This document shows, piece after piece, positions 39,919 through 49,800 of a DNA stretch of 64,000 nt. Position numbers and translations under genes: made by a program. The stretch covers positions 64,001 to 128,000 of the forward strand of contig JBGPGO010000012.1 of NCBI GenBank assembly GCA_041483895.1, read 5' to 3'. The notes under the pieces are model-generated. The model saw only the letters and a program-made list of their open reading frames with translations, searched no databases and was not told where the DNA came from. Every line of letters starts with the position of its first letter. Position 1 is the stretch's first letter. The stretch is from Fimbriimonadia bacterium. Lineage in GTDB: Bacteria; Armatimonadota; Fimbriimonadia; Fimbriimonadales; JABRVX01.

Positions 39919-40944
39919 TTAGTACGTGCGGCGTTGCAAAGCCTCCCCAAATGGGGCCGAAAGTACGCCTGTTTCCGTGATGATACCGGTGATAAGCTCA
40001 TTCGGGGTCACATCAAACGCCGGATTATAGGACCTTGCGCCTATAGGAGCCATCCGCACACCCCCTATTTCCGTTATTTCCTCTTCGGACCGCTCTTCTA
40101 TAGGAATTTTGTCTCCGGTCTCGATCGTTAGGTCTATCGTACTAGTCGGCGCGGCGATGTAAAACGGAATCCCATGTGATTTTGCCAGGACCGCCAGCGA
40201 ATAGGTGCCGATCTTGTTGGCTGTGTCCCCGTTTGCGGCAATCCGGTCGGCGCCCGCGATCACAAGCTCCACACGGCCCTGGCGCATGAGTGATCCGGCC
40301 ATGTTGTCGGTGATGATGCGATAAGGGACGCCAAGCTTTTCCAGTTCCCACGCCGTGAGGCGCATGCCTTGCAGGCGGGGCCTCGTTTCGCTGACCCAAA
40401 CGTACGGTTCTCTGCTCTGCTCGTGCGCGGCTCGGATGACGCCGAGCGCGGTGCCGTATCCCCCTGTGGCTAGGGCGCCGGTGTTGCAGATGGTCAGCAC
40501 TCGTCCCTTGTTCGGGATTAATGCCGCGCCGTGCGATGCGAGAGCGCGGTTCGTCTCGATGTCATTTGCGTGAATCTCTTTTGCCGCCGCCAGCAGCTTT
40601 TCATACGGCCTGTCGGCGGCGACTCCTTCCGCGGCGTCCCGCATCCGGTTGACGGCCCAAACCAGATTGACTGCCGTCGGTCGCGCCTGCGACACCTCTT
40701 CGCAGATGTCGCAAAACACGGGCCGCCAGTCCGTTCCTTCCAGCTCCTTTGCCGCGAGCGCCAACGCGTAGGCAGCCGTTACTCCAATCGCCGGCGCACC
40801 ACGGACCACCATGTCCCGGATGGCGCCGACCACCGCACGCCAGTCCTGGTAGGCCAGCGTGCGCTCCTGTTGCGGCAGCAGGCGCTGGTCGAGCAGCCAC
40901 AGCATTCCGTCTTCCCATCGGATCGGTTGAATTTCGTTGGACAT
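39919..40944 (-). CDS. mtnA: S-methyl-5-thioribose-1-phosphate isomerase
   Basis: LDQRLLP, VRGAPAIG, RPTAVNL, CNTGALAT and NGDTANKIGT motifs. Confidence 0.96.
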   Translation of the reverse strand: MSNEIQPIRWEDGMLWLLDQRLLPQQERTLAYQDWRAVVGAIRDMVVRGAPAIGVTAAYALALAAKELEGTDWRPVFCDICEEVSQARPTAVNLVWAVNRMRDAAEGVAADRPYEKLLAAAKEIHANDIETNRALASHGAALIPNKGRVLTICNTGALATGGYGTALGVIRAAHEQSREPYVWVSETRPRLQGMRLTAWELEKLGVPYRIITDNMAGSLMRQGRVELVIAGADRIAANGDTANKIGTYSLAVLAKSHGIPFYIAAPTSTIDLTIETGDKIPIEERSEEEITEIGGVRMAPIGARSYNPAFDVTPNELITGIITETGVLSAPFGEALQRRTY

Positions 40945-40954
40945 CGTGCTTTGA

Positions 40955-40991
40955 TCCCCTCCCCCGCTTGAGGGGGAGGGTTGGATGAGGG
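40955..40991. repeat. CCCCTCCCCC...GGGGGAGGGTT..GAGGG palindromic element (family P)
   Basis: Intergenic copy of the motif also found inside dacB. Confidence 0.7.
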
Positions 40992-41444
40992 TTAAATGGT
41001 TTTGAGAGCCTTCAACACTTCTTGATGGTGCCCCGGAACCTTCACCTTATGGAAAGCCTTCCGCACCACCCCGTCCCCATCGATCACAAACGTCGTGCGC
41101 TCGATGCCCATATAGTTGCGTCCGTACATGCTCTTCTCGACCCAGACGCCATATTGCTCCGCCACCTTGTGCGCCGGATCTGCCGCGAGCGCAAAGTTCA
41201 AATCATATCTGTTGGAAAACTTGTCGTGCGAATCGACGCTGTCCGGACTGACCCCAATCACTTTTGCGCCAGCGAATGACGGCATCGCGTCTCGGAATTG
41301 GCTAGCCTCCGCCGTGCAGCCGCTCGTGTCGTCCTTTGGATAGAAATAGAGAACTACCGGCGCGCCACGGAGAGCCGAGAGCGTGATCGTGCCTTCGGTC
41401 GTTTCGAGGGTGAAATCGGGGGCATTGTCGCCTTCTTTGACCAT
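40992..41444 (-). CDS. bcp: Peroxiredoxin Q/BCP
   Basis: YFYPKDDTSGCTAEA and GIERTTFVID motifs. Confidence 0.95.
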   Translation of the reverse strand: MVKEGDNAPDFTLETTEGTITLSALRGAPVVLYFYPKDDTSGCTAEASQFRDAMPSFAGAKVIGVSPDSVDSHDKFSNRYDLNFALAADPAHKVAEQYGVWVEKSMYGRNYMGIERTTFVIDGDGVVRKAFHKVKVPGHHQEVLKALKTI

Positions 41445-42952
41445 TGCTCAGTCTCCTCACTCACAATCGCGCGAACTACCGCGTCCTGCAGGTCCCGAGC
41501 CTTTGCGGTATCCGCATGGTTAACCAATATACTAAACGCGATCAGTTTCCCCTTTTTCGTGGTGGCATATCCACTGAGGCAGGATACCTTGCTCATGGTT
41601 CCGGTTTTGGCATACGCGCGGCCTTTGATATCCGTGAGGCGCTTTTCCATCGTGCCGTCCATGCCTATGATGGGCAGCGAGTTGCGAAATGCCTTGAACC
41701 ACGACTGTTTTGTTGCGTACGTCAGCAGTTTCACGATGGTCTCGGCGGAGACCGAATCATGTCTCGACAGGCCCGATCCGTCGTAGATGTCAAATCCTTC
41801 TGGATCGCATCCTGCCTTTTTCAAGAACGCCGTGACCGTCTCCGCGCCGGCTTTGAAACTGCCCTTCCCTTTGACTTTCAGGCCAAGTTCCTTGAACAAC
41901 ATCTCGGCGATCAGATTGTCACTCTCTTTGTTGAGTGCCTTGACGATTTCCCATAGCGGTGGGCTCTCGTGGACGACTACTTTCATTGCCCGTTCGTCGG
42001 CGCGTTCTGATCGGTCCGATCGGTCCGATCGGTCCGATCCGTCCGAGGTGCCCGCGCCCAAGGCCCCGGCACTCTCGGCAAGCGCCCTCCGCAAACTCCA
42101 TTCCGCCAACTTCGTCACCGAGGCCACCGCCAGACCCTGCGCCGACGAGCCGTTCTTGAAATCCTTGGGCAGCTGACCACGGACCCGAAAGACGTCGGCG
42201 GTGAGGTCCCTCGACACCGTCAACTCACTATCGGACTTCTCGTAGCTGAAGATCGCGTAGTCCAGCTTCGGCTCCAGCCAAAACGTCGGCGGGCTCCCAG
42301 CGCTCGCGTGCAAATCCACCCGGTTGCGTCCAATCGCAAGCGGCGTGATTGGCGGCTGATAGTAGTAGGCCAAATCATCTATCTGCCACCCCGGCCCATA
42401 GAATTCGTCGTCGTACCTCGATAGATCGATGGAAATCCTCTGCTCAATGATCCCCTCCCCCCCTTGCGGTGGAGAACCTGCCCGGAGTTTGTCGAAGGGG
42501 TTGGGATTGACCGCAAATCCCCTCCCTCTTGCGAGGAACGAGGAAGGGGGAGGGTTAGGGTGGGGGTTTTCCGCACTCGGACCAGTGCCGGCGCCGGCCG
42601 GAATCACCTCTCCCGCTTGCGGGGGAGGGTTAGGGTGGGGGTTTTCCGATTTCATCTGTCGCACCATCACCACAAGGTCCTCGTACTTCAGCATCGGGTC
42701 GCCGCCGCCGACCAACGTCAACCCGCCATCCTCCCCGAGCACCAACTTCGTCTCAAGGCGCGCATCCGGCCCCAGGAGCGCCAGCGCAGCCGCTGATGTC
42801 AGCAGCTTCTGATTGGACGCCGGCACCAGCAGCATTTCCCTGTTCCGCTCCACCACCACCTTCCCTGTACTCACCTCCACGGCGTAGAGGCTGACGGAGG
42901 CGTGGGGGATTTGCAAAGGAACTAACGAAATAGTGAGAAGAAGCCAGAGCAT
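41354..42952 (-). CDS. dacB: D-alanyl-D-alanine carboxypeptidase/endopeptidase (PBP4, S13) with repeat-derived inserts
   Basis: PASNQK (SxxK), GGGDP, SDN, DGSGLSR and AKTGT motifs. Confidence 0.92.
   Translation of the reverse strand: MLWLLLTISLVPLQIPHASVSLYAVEVSTGKVVVERNREMLLVPASNQKLLTSAAALALLGPDARLETKLVLGEDGGLTLVGGGDPMLKYEDLVVMVRQMKSENPHPNPPPQAGEVIPAGAGTGPSAENPHPNPPPSSFLARGRGFAVNPNPFDKLRAGSPPQGGEGIIEQRISIDLSRYDDEFYGPGWQIDDLAYYYQPPITPLAIGRNRVDLHASAGSPPTFWLEPKLDYAIFSYEKSDSELTVSRDLTADVFRVRGQLPKDFKNGSSAQGLAVASVTKLAEWSLRRALAESAGALGAGTSDGSDRSDRSDRSERADERAMKVVVHESPPLWEIVKALNKESDNLIAEMLFKELGLKVKGKGSFKAGAETVTAFLKKAGCDPEGFDIYDGSGLSRHDSVSAETIVKLLTYATKQSWFKAFRNSLPIIGMDGTMEKRLTDIKGRAYAKTGTMSKVSCLSGYATTKKGKLIAFSILVNHADTAKARDLQDAVVRAIVSEETEQWSKKATMPPISPSKRPKARSRSRLSVARR
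42452..42648. repeat. Three family P palindromic units inserted in frame within dacB
   Basis: GGGGGAGGGTTAGGGTGGGGGTTTTCCG occurs twice and encodes ENPHPNPPP twice. Confidence 0.8.
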
Positions 42953-42997
42953 ACAACCATTTTACAGTCATGACATCTTTTTGCCGCGGTTTGAGGT

Positions 42998-44803
42998 ATG
43001 TGTAACAATTGCATTGTGGTCCTACTGACGCTGAGATTAGCAGTTCTGTCATCGTTCTTAGTAGCGGGATGTCAAGCTTATGCCGATGCCGCCTTGAATT
43101 CCTTTGCACCACTACTAGATACGGTTACGAACCAGACCATCCGGTCAATGCGCGATGGAACTCTACCGCTGGGCGCACACTTGCCTTCGACAAACAGTGT
43201 TCTGTTGATCTGCCAAACGGGTGCCGCATACTCTTCGACGCTCCTATTGGCAGATCCCAAAATAGATGGAAAGAAAATCGCTGAGATTCTAAGTCGGTCG
43301 GTTGGGGATCGCGAGGCATCAAGCGCAACCATTGAATTTCATAATGGCGGAGAATTCTCACAGGCACGTCTCCTATGGAGTCGGGAGCGCATCGGCCAAC
43401 TGAATAGCGAGATGAAGACTCCAATTGGCAACATGATTGCGGGGTTGCGAGATGCAGAATATCACGTCGACGCCCTGCTGATCGTTCCGCGATATGTTAA
43501 TACGAATTCGATATCGTTCCCCATTTTTCGCAAGCCGCGATACACATATTATCTTGCCTCCACAGCCAGCGAAGATTTCGCGGTCATATCGTCCGCTCAG
43601 ATTTCTTCTTCCATGGCCTGGATGGCGCCGGCAGCCTTCGCCGTTCCTGGAGCGGTGTTCGTTCTTTCCTTGCTGTTCGCACGGCGCTACGCGATGCGAC
43701 CGAATGTTCCGCTTAATCGAAAGCGGATCGTCGCACCGAGGATTGCTCTGTGGGCACCTCTCATCGTAATCCTGCTTTACATGCCAGTACTTTGGGTGAT
43801 GCTGCTGAAGTGGACGTTCAAACCGTGGGCAGACCTCTGGTTTGGGAGCGATGCAACGTTCATTTTGGCAAATCTCGCTCTGATGAACATCATCTTTGTC
43901 CTTTTGCCCGTCGGCGCTTCCAAGTGGCTGTCAGGGCGCTTGTCCCATCAAAACCAATCAAAACCAATTCATATCACTTCAGATGGTGCAACAGACAGGC
44001 CAATCCGTTGGTTCGTTCTTCGGCTCGTGATCGGCTTCACTTTTGTGAGCGCACTTTATTTGGTTTCTCAACTCGGGATCTATCTTGGCGGCATCTTGCC
44101 TGCAAGCATGGACAACCTTCGTGGCGACATTGTCATTGGGGTCATGATGGTCTTTGCCGCAAGTATCTGGTGGTTTAGTGCACGAGCGGAGAAAGAGGCT
44201 CTTATGCGCCTTGCAGAGATTTCGAATCCGGCGCTGATGGAACGGGTCGCACGAATAGCAGACCGAATGAATGTCAAATTCAATTCAGTCATTGCTCGCG
44301 AGCTAACCGATCCCAGTGTCGTACTAGCTGGTATCAGCCCTGGTGGAAACATCATCATTAGCCAGGCTGCGGTCGATCGCTTGTCAGACACTGAATTTGA
44401 GGCTCTCATTGCTCATGAATTAGCGCACATCAAGCTCAAGCATTTTTGGAGACGAATTGCCTTTGTTTTCTTCCCGTTTTTGCTCGTTGCGTTCATCCCC
44501 GCAATTGCGCCAATGGCAATTCTTAGGGTGAAAAGTGTTGTTGTTGCCGCAATTCTTGCCTCGAGTACCTTCTTCGCATTCGGATGGTTCGCGCTGGCGT
44601 CGTTTTGGATTCGGCGTCGTCATGAGTTTGAGGCTGATAGGACATCGCTCGATGTCACAGGCAGTCTCCCAGACGTGATCTCTATGCTGAACAAAGCACA
44701 CGCCGGCGAGACGGATTTCGAATTGGATGAAACGAGCACTCATCCGAAGATGGAAAGACGGATCCAGGCGCTTCGAGAGTACGCGAATCGCGCCGGCGGT
44801 TGA
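42998..44803 (+). CDS. Multi-pass membrane M48 metallopeptidase with N-terminal extracytoplasmic domain
   Basis: AHELAH, HEFEAD and THP motifs, with several TM segments. Confidence 0.8.
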   Translation: MCNNCIVVLLTLRLAVLSSFLVAGCQAYADAALNSFAPLLDTVTNQTIRSMRDGTLPLGAHLPSTNSVLLICQTGAAYSSTLLLADPKIDGKKIAEILSRSVGDREASSATIEFHNGGEFSQARLLWSRERIGQLNSEMKTPIGNMIAGLRDAEYHVDALLIVPRYVNTNSISFPIFRKPRYTYYLASTASEDFAVISSAQISSSMAWMAPAAFAVPGAVFVLSLLFARRYAMRPNVPLNRKRIVAPRIALWAPLIVILLYMPVLWVMLLKWTFKPWADLWFGSDATFILANLALMNIIFVLLPVGASKWLSGRLSHQNQSKPIHITSDGATDRPIRWFVLRLVIGFTFVSALYLVSQLGIYLGGILPASMDNLRGDIVIGVMMVFAASIWWFSARAEKEALMRLAEISNPALMERVARIADRMNVKFNSVIARELTDPSVVLAGISPGGNIIISQAAVDRLSDTEFEALIAHELAHIKLKHFWRRIAFVFFPFLLVAFIPAIAPMAILRVKSVVVAAILASSTFFAFGWFALASFWIRRRHEFEADRTSLDVTGSLPDVISMLNKAHAGETDFELDETSTHPKMERRIQALREYANRAGG

Positions 44804-44885
44804 TTTCCAACTGCTTCGCGTTTAGTCTGAGTCTGTGCCACCTACATTGCCATGCAAGTGCTTCTGCGTGTATCCTGTATCAACT

Positions 44886-45920
44886 ATGCCCATAGAAGTA
44901 GACCTGCGAAGCGATACGGTGACCCGGCCGACGGCGGAGATGAGGAAGGCGATGGCGGAGGCGGAGGTCGGCGACGACGTCTTTGGCGACGACCCAACCG
45001 TCAACCGGCTCCAAGAAAAGGCCGCCGCCCTGTTCGGCAAAGAGGCCGGGCTGTTCGTCCCCACCGGAACGATGGGCAACCAAATCTGCATCCGTACCCA
45101 CACCAAACCCGGCGACGCCATCCTGATCGACGGAGAAAGTCATATCGCTTACTATGAAGTCGGCGGCCCGGCTGTTCTGTCGCAGGTGATCACCGATATG
45201 GTGCCCAGCCATAAGGGGGTCTTGGACTACGACGCCGTCGCCGCGAGGATCCGGCCCCAGTCCGACCACACTCCGGGCACCACGCTGCTTTGCCTGGAAA
45301 ACACCCACAACCGAGCCGGCGGGACAATCCAACCGATCTCGCACATCCGCAAACTGAGTTCCCTGGCCCACGAAGCCGGAATGAAGGTGCATCTGGACGG
45401 CGCGCGCATCTTCAACGCCTCCATCGCGTCGGGCACGCCGGTTTCCGACTACGCCGGCTGCGCGGATTCCCTGATGTTTTGCTTTTCCAAAGGGCTGGCC
45501 TGTCCGGTCGGGTCCATGGTTCTCGGGACTCGGGAGTTCATCAACCGGGCTCATCGGGTGCGGAAGCTGTTCGGCGGCGGAATGCGGCAAGCGGGTGTTT
45601 TGGCCGCCTGTGGGATGGTTGCTTTGGATACAATGGTAAATCGGCTTGCTGACGACCATCACCGTGCGAAGGTGCTGGCGAAGGCTATCAATGACCTTCC
45701 GGGGCTGAAGGTGGATATGGAAACTGTGCAAACGAACATGGTTTTCGCCGAGACCGACTTTCCGGCCAAGGAGATGCAGGATACGCTGCAAGCACGAGGA
45801 ATTCGCATCCTAGCAATTGGGCCGAAGATAATTCGTATGGTACTTCACAATGATGTGGATGACGAGAAGCTGACGGTCGCCATCGATGCGTTCCGATCCG
45901 TACGAATTGCCGGTTCGTAA
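44886..45920 (+). CDS. ltaE: Low-specificity L-threonine aldolase
   Basis: [29 protein letters not shown] and SKGL motifs. Confidence 0.95.
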   Translation: MPIEVDLRSDTVTRPTAEMRKAMAEAEVGDDVFGDDPTVNRLQEKAAALFGKEAGLFVPTGTMGNQICIRTHTKPGDAILIDGESHIAYYEVGGPAVLSQVITDMVPSHKGVLDYDAVAARIRPQSDHTPGTTLLCLENTHNRAGGTIQPISHIRKLSSLAHEAGMKVHLDGARIFNASIASGTPVSDYAGCADSLMFCFSKGLACPVGSMVLGTREFINRAHRVRKLFGGGMRQAGVLAACGMVALDTMVNRLADDHHRAKVLAKAINDLPGLKVDMETVQTNMVFAETDFPAKEMQDTLQARGIRILAIGPKIIRMVLHNDVDDEKLTVAIDAFRSVRIAGS

Positions 45921-45941
45921 AAAAAAAGTCGCGAACTGCCC

Positions 45942-45969
45942 TAAAGTTCTGAATTTGGCCATCCGATAC
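45942..45969 (+). promoter_or_regulatory. Putative sigma28/SigD promoter of flgM
   Basis: TAAA-N16-TCCGATAC versus consensus TAAA-N15/16-GCCGATAA/T. Confidence 0.65.
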
Positions 45970-45986
45970 TGAAGATTGACTATTAG

Positions 45987-46070
45987 CTCTGACAGCTCAA
46001 GGCAAACCCGCAGCGATGCGGGGACGCAAAGCCAAGGATCCCCCGTGGACAGCCTGGTTGCCTGTCTGAG
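45987..46070 (+). ncRNA. Cyclic di-GMP-I (GEMM) riboswitch
   Basis: GGCAAACC-CGCA-GCGA-TGCG-GGGACGCAAAGCC...GACAGCCTGGTTGCC with a GNRA loop and GACAG/CTGTC closing helix. Confidence 0.88.
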
Positions 46071-46101
46071 ACTTATCAACGACCAAGAGAGGGTTTAGCT
46101 G

Positions 46102-46377
46102 ATGAGAATCTCAGACACTGAATATACGAAAGTACTCCAGATGGAACAAGACGGCGAATTGCCGATCTCCAATATCGAAGCTACCGCCACTCCCCTGCAA
46201 ACCGACGACGCCGAACTGGTCGCCCGGATTGTTGAGGAGTTGGAGGCCGAACCGGACGTTCGCGAAGAAATGGTTGCGGACCTGAAGGCGCGCATCGACG
46301 CCGGAACCTACAAGGTTACGGACGAGGCGATCGCGGATCTAATCATCCGCCGGTCCAAAGCAGACAACATCCGCTGA
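46102..46377 (+). CDS. flgM: Anti-sigma28 factor FlgM
   Basis: PDVREEMVADLKARIDAGTYKVTDEAIADLI motif. Confidence 0.85.
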   Translation: MRISDTEYTKVLQMEQDGELPISNIEATATPLQTDDAELVARIVEELEAEPDVREEMVADLKARIDAGTYKVTDEAIADLIIRRSKADNIR

Positions 46378-46420
46378 ATCCTTGCGAGGAAGAGCCGACC
46401 TGCGCGTCGAATGAGCGTGC

Positions 46421-47182
46421 GTGGCGATTTGGGGCGTTGTAAACCAGAAGGGCGGCGTAGGAAAGACTACAACTGTGGTCAACCTTGCCGCCGCTTTGGG
46501 TTTGGAGGGTCAGCGAGTGCTAGTCGTTGATGCCGACCCCCAAGGCAATACCACGACTGGCTTCGGCGTCGGCAAATCCAAGCTTCAGTCGAGCCTTTTT
46601 GAAGTTTTGGTTGACGGCGTTTCGGCGTCCGAAACGATTGTAGCGACTTCCGTACCGAATGTGAGTCTGCTGCCAGCGACATTGGATTTGGCGGGATCGG
46701 AGTTGGCTTTGATGGGGCGTCTTTCCCGGGAGACCGTGCTGCGACAGGCGCTTGAACCGATTGCGGGCGACTATGAATGGGTGATCATCGACAGTCCGCC
46801 TTCGTTGGGACTGTTGACGGTCAATACCTTGGTTGCTTCCCGGTACCTGTTGGTGCCCATGCAGTGCGAATTTTATGCGCTCGAAGGACTGACCCAGCTA
46901 ATCCGGACTATTGAGCTCGTTCGATATCAGCTCAATTCATCGCTGGAGGTCAAAAAAGTGCTGTTAACAATGTATGATCCTCGAACGCGGCTGGCGGTTG
47001 AGGTTGCTCGCGAGGTCCGTGGTTTTTTCGGCTCCGTCGTATCCGACATTTTTGTACCTCGGAACGTTCGGTTGACGGAGGCCCCAGGATTTGGAGAGCC
47101 CAGCGTCGTTCGGTCACCAAGCGCACCGGGCAGTAAGGCGTATATTAAGTTGGCTAAGGAGATGATCGCAGATGCTACGTAA
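46421..47182 (+). CDS. parA: Chromosome partitioning ATPase ParA/Soj
   Basis: NQKGGVGKTTT, DADPQGN, DSPPSLG and PRNVRLTEAP motifs. Confidence 0.95.
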   Translation: MAIWGVVNQKGGVGKTTTVVNLAAALGLEGQRVLVVDADPQGNTTTGFGVGKSKLQSSLFEVLVDGVSASETIVATSVPNVSLLPATLDLAGSELALMGRLSRETVLRQALEPIAGDYEWVIIDSPPSLGLLTVNTLVASRYLLVPMQCEFYALEGLTQLIRTIELVRYQLNSSLEVKKVLLTMYDPRTRLAVEVAREVRGFFGSVVSDIFVPRNVRLTEAPGFGEPSVVRSPSAPGSKAYIKLAKEMIADAT

Positions 47183-48020
47183 TCCATTGGGGAGAGGGCT
47201 TGTCGAGCTGCTCGGTGAGGGCAGTGACAATATGATCCGCAACGCCCCCATTGACAAGTTGATCACGAACCCGTATCAGCCTCGGCAATCGTTTGATCCC
47301 GACCAGCTTCAAGAGTTGGCGAGGACAATCCAAGAATCCGGTATTTTGCAGCCGCTGGTTGTTCGGCGCAAAGGCCATGAGGAGTATGAGATCATCGCCG
47401 GCGAGCGTCGGTATCGTGCGGCAAAATTGGCCGGCTTGGAAACGGTGCCCGTCATCGTGCGGCAGGCGAACGACGAGCAGATGTTGGCGTTGGCACTCGT
47501 CGAGAATCTTCAGCGCGAAGACATCAACCCTGCGGACGCCGCGGTTTCTTATCGCCGACTTGCCGATGAATTCGGCTTGACCCAAGAACAAATCGCGGAT
47601 CGAGTCGGCAAGAGCCGGGGCCAGATTGCCAATAGTCTCCGGCTACTGAACCTTCCTGCGAATATGTTTGAGAGCGTGCGATTGGGGAAGATCACAGAGG
47701 GTCACGCCCGGGCTTTGCTGACTTTGGGTGAAAAGCCGGCGCTCCAGTCTGAGCTTCACCGGCAGATTGTGGATGAGGGCCTGTCGGTGCGAGAGGCCGA
47801 GCGTCGCTCCCAGTTCTTCCGCAACCCTCCTTCCAACGACGGTCCGATCGCCGTGGTGCCGCCGGCTGATCCAAACTGGTTGCGTTTAGAGGAAACGTTG
47901 TCAGAACGCCTTGGGACCAAAATTCAGATTATACGAGTTGGGGTCGGTGGCCGGATCCAAATTCCATTCTACGACGAACAGGACCTATCCAGGATATTGG
48001 AAAGGCTGGGCCACCTCTAA
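47172..48020 (+). CDS. parB: Chromosome partitioning protein ParB/Spo0J
   Basis: LGRGL, NPYQPR, AGERRYRA, ENLQRED and GHARAL motifs. Confidence 0.95.
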   Translation: MLRNPLGRGLVELLGEGSDNMIRNAPIDKLITNPYQPRQSFDPDQLQELARTIQESGILQPLVVRRKGHEEYEIIAGERRYRAAKLAGLETVPVIVRQANDEQMLALALVENLQREDINPADAAVSYRRLADEFGLTQEQIADRVGKSRGQIANSLRLLNLPANMFESVRLGKITEGHARALLTLGEKPALQSELHRQIVDEGLSVREAERRSQFFRNPPSNDGPIAVVPPADPNWLRLEETLSERLGTKIQIIRVGVGGRIQIPFYDEQDLSRILERLGHL

Positions 48021-48026
48021 CACGTG

Positions 48027-48845
48027 TTACGCCCGCGCCGACTTGCGCGGATCCCAGCGCTCAAATAGCGCGTCACCGACCAAGTTGAGGCAGATAATCG
48101 TCAGGGCGAGGGCCAAGCAGGGGTAAAGGACCAAGTGCCAATCGGTTCTCATGAACTCTCGCCCGGTGCTGACGAGAGAACCCCAGCTCGGTGCAGGTGG
48201 TGGAATTCCGATGCCAAGGAAGCTCAGGGCCGATTCGGCGAGAATGACCGATGCCATGTCCACGATTGCGGCAGCAAGGCAAATGCCGGCCAGATGCGGG
48301 ACCAAATGCTTGAAGACGATGTGCGGCTGAGAAGCACCCGTCGCCTGCGCCGCTCGAACGAACAGCGCCTCCCTCAGGCTTAAGGTCTGCCCACGAACTA
48401 AACGCGCCATGCTTGGCCAGCCGACTACCGTGAGCGCAGCGATCACGGTAAGCGAGGACCGGCCGGCCACGCCTACGATCAGGATCGCCAACAGGATGTC
48501 CGGGAAGGCGAAAAGACCGTCGGTCACTCGCATGAGCAGCGTATCGACCCATCCACCGCGCATTGCCGCAATTACCCCAACGATCCCGCCGAATATCAGC
48601 GTCGCCGAGACCACCGTCAAGCCGACAACCAGAGAAACGCGGGCGCCGAAGAATAAGCGAGAGGCGTTGTCGCGGCCCAAGTTGTCTGTTCCAAGCCAGT
48701 GGGCCTTGTTTGATTGCAGAAATCGCCCGGATAGGTCTTGTTGATCATAGGTGTATTTGGTAAGAAGCGGGGCCCCGACTGCAACCAGCACAAGGACTAC
48801 GAGATAACAAAGTGCAAGGCCCGCAATGACGTTGGTGCGTTTCAC
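48027..48845 (-). CDS. Peptide/nickel ABC transporter permease (OppC/DppC-like)
   Basis: HWLGTDNLGRD, ESALSFLGIG and SWG motifs. Confidence 0.92.
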   Translation of the reverse strand: MKRTNVIAGLALCYLVVLVLVAVGAPLLTKYTYDQQDLSGRFLQSNKAHWLGTDNLGRDNASRLFFGARVSLVVGLTVVSATLIFGGIVGVIAAMRGGWVDTLLMRVTDGLFAFPDILLAILIVGVAGRSSLTVIAALTVVGWPSMARLVRGQTLSLREALFVRAAQATGASQPHIVFKHLVPHLAGICLAAAIVDMASVILAESALSFLGIGIPPPAPSWGSLVSTGREFMRTDWHLVLYPCLALALTIICLNLVGDALFERWDPRKSARA

Positions 48846-49795
48846 CCGGTCGCCCCATCTCGATTGAGGCGCACACGAGGGTCGATTCGGGCTTGCACGA
48901 GGTCAACGGCAAGGTTGACGAGGATGAAAGCTGCGGCGAACAGGATGGTGGTCGCCTGGATAACGGGATAATCGCGTTGGTATATCGCCTCGATGGCACG
49001 TTTGCCGAGACCAGGGATTGCGAAGACGGTTTCGGTGATAAATGAACCTGTAAGAAGATACCCAAAGCTGCTTCCGATGCCTATGATCACCGGTGTCGCG
49101 GCGTTTCGAAGAGCATGGCGAACCACGACTCCAGTCCAGGAGACACCCTTCGCGCGGGCAGTACGGATGAAATCCTGAGAAAGAACGCCAATCATCGAGC
49201 TCCTCGTGAGCCTCATAATTGCAGCGAGCGGGCGGACGGACAATACAATGACGGGAAGAACCAGATAGGGCCCGAGGTCGCTGAAGTTGTCGGCCCAACC
49301 GGCCACCTCGTACCATTGAAGTCGAAGGGCGAAGATCAACACAAGTATCGGCGCGAGGACAAAGTTCGGGATCCCTAAACCGGCGACGCTCAGAACGACG
49401 GCGAGCCGGTCGGGCCACTTGCCCGCGGCTACCGCAGCGATTGTGCCCAAAAAGATGCCGACTACGGAAGCCACCAACATTGCCAAAATGGCAAGCATCG
49501 CCGTCGGCCAATAGTTCTGCAAGAGAATCTGCCGGACGGTGCGAGTGTCGAAATACGATCTGCCAAAATCCAGACGGGCAGCGCCCCACAAAAAGTCGCC
49601 GAATCGGACCAAGAGTGGCCGATCCAGACCGTATTCGTGCTTCAATTGAGCGACGGCAGCCGGAGTCGCGCGTTCTCCCAGCTTGATCTGTATCGGATCA
49701 CCCGGCGCCAGCTCCGCCGCGACAAAGGTAAGCGCAGAAACAAATATCAACGTCGGTATGACGAGCAAGATTCGCTTCAGAGCATAACTGAGCAC
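48842..49795 (-). CDS. Peptide/nickel ABC transporter permease (OppB/DppB-like)
   Basis: PGDP, GLDRP, RTARAKG, HALRNA and RDYPVIQ motifs. Confidence 0.92.
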   Translation of the reverse strand: MLSYALKRILLVIPTLIFVSALTFVAAELAPGDPIQIKLGERATPAAVAQLKHEYGLDRPLLVRFGDFLWGAARLDFGRSYFDTRTVRQILLQNYWPTAMLAILAMLVASVVGIFLGTIAAVAAGKWPDRLAVVLSVAGLGIPNFVLAPILVLIFALRLQWYEVAGWADNFSDLGPYLVLPVIVLSVRPLAAIMRLTRSSMIGVLSQDFIRTARAKGVSWTGVVVRHALRNAATPVIIGIGSSFGYLLTGSFITETVFAIPGLGKRAIEAIYQRDYPVIQATTILFAAAFILVNLAVDLVQARIDPRVRLNRDGATG

Positions 49796-49800
49796 GGAGT

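Noticed and set aside
46421..48020. Plasmid origin or parS/oriC near parAB
   Set aside because: The Soj/Spo0J-type sequences are in a chromosomal context, and no parS palindrome, dnaA or rep gene was noticed.
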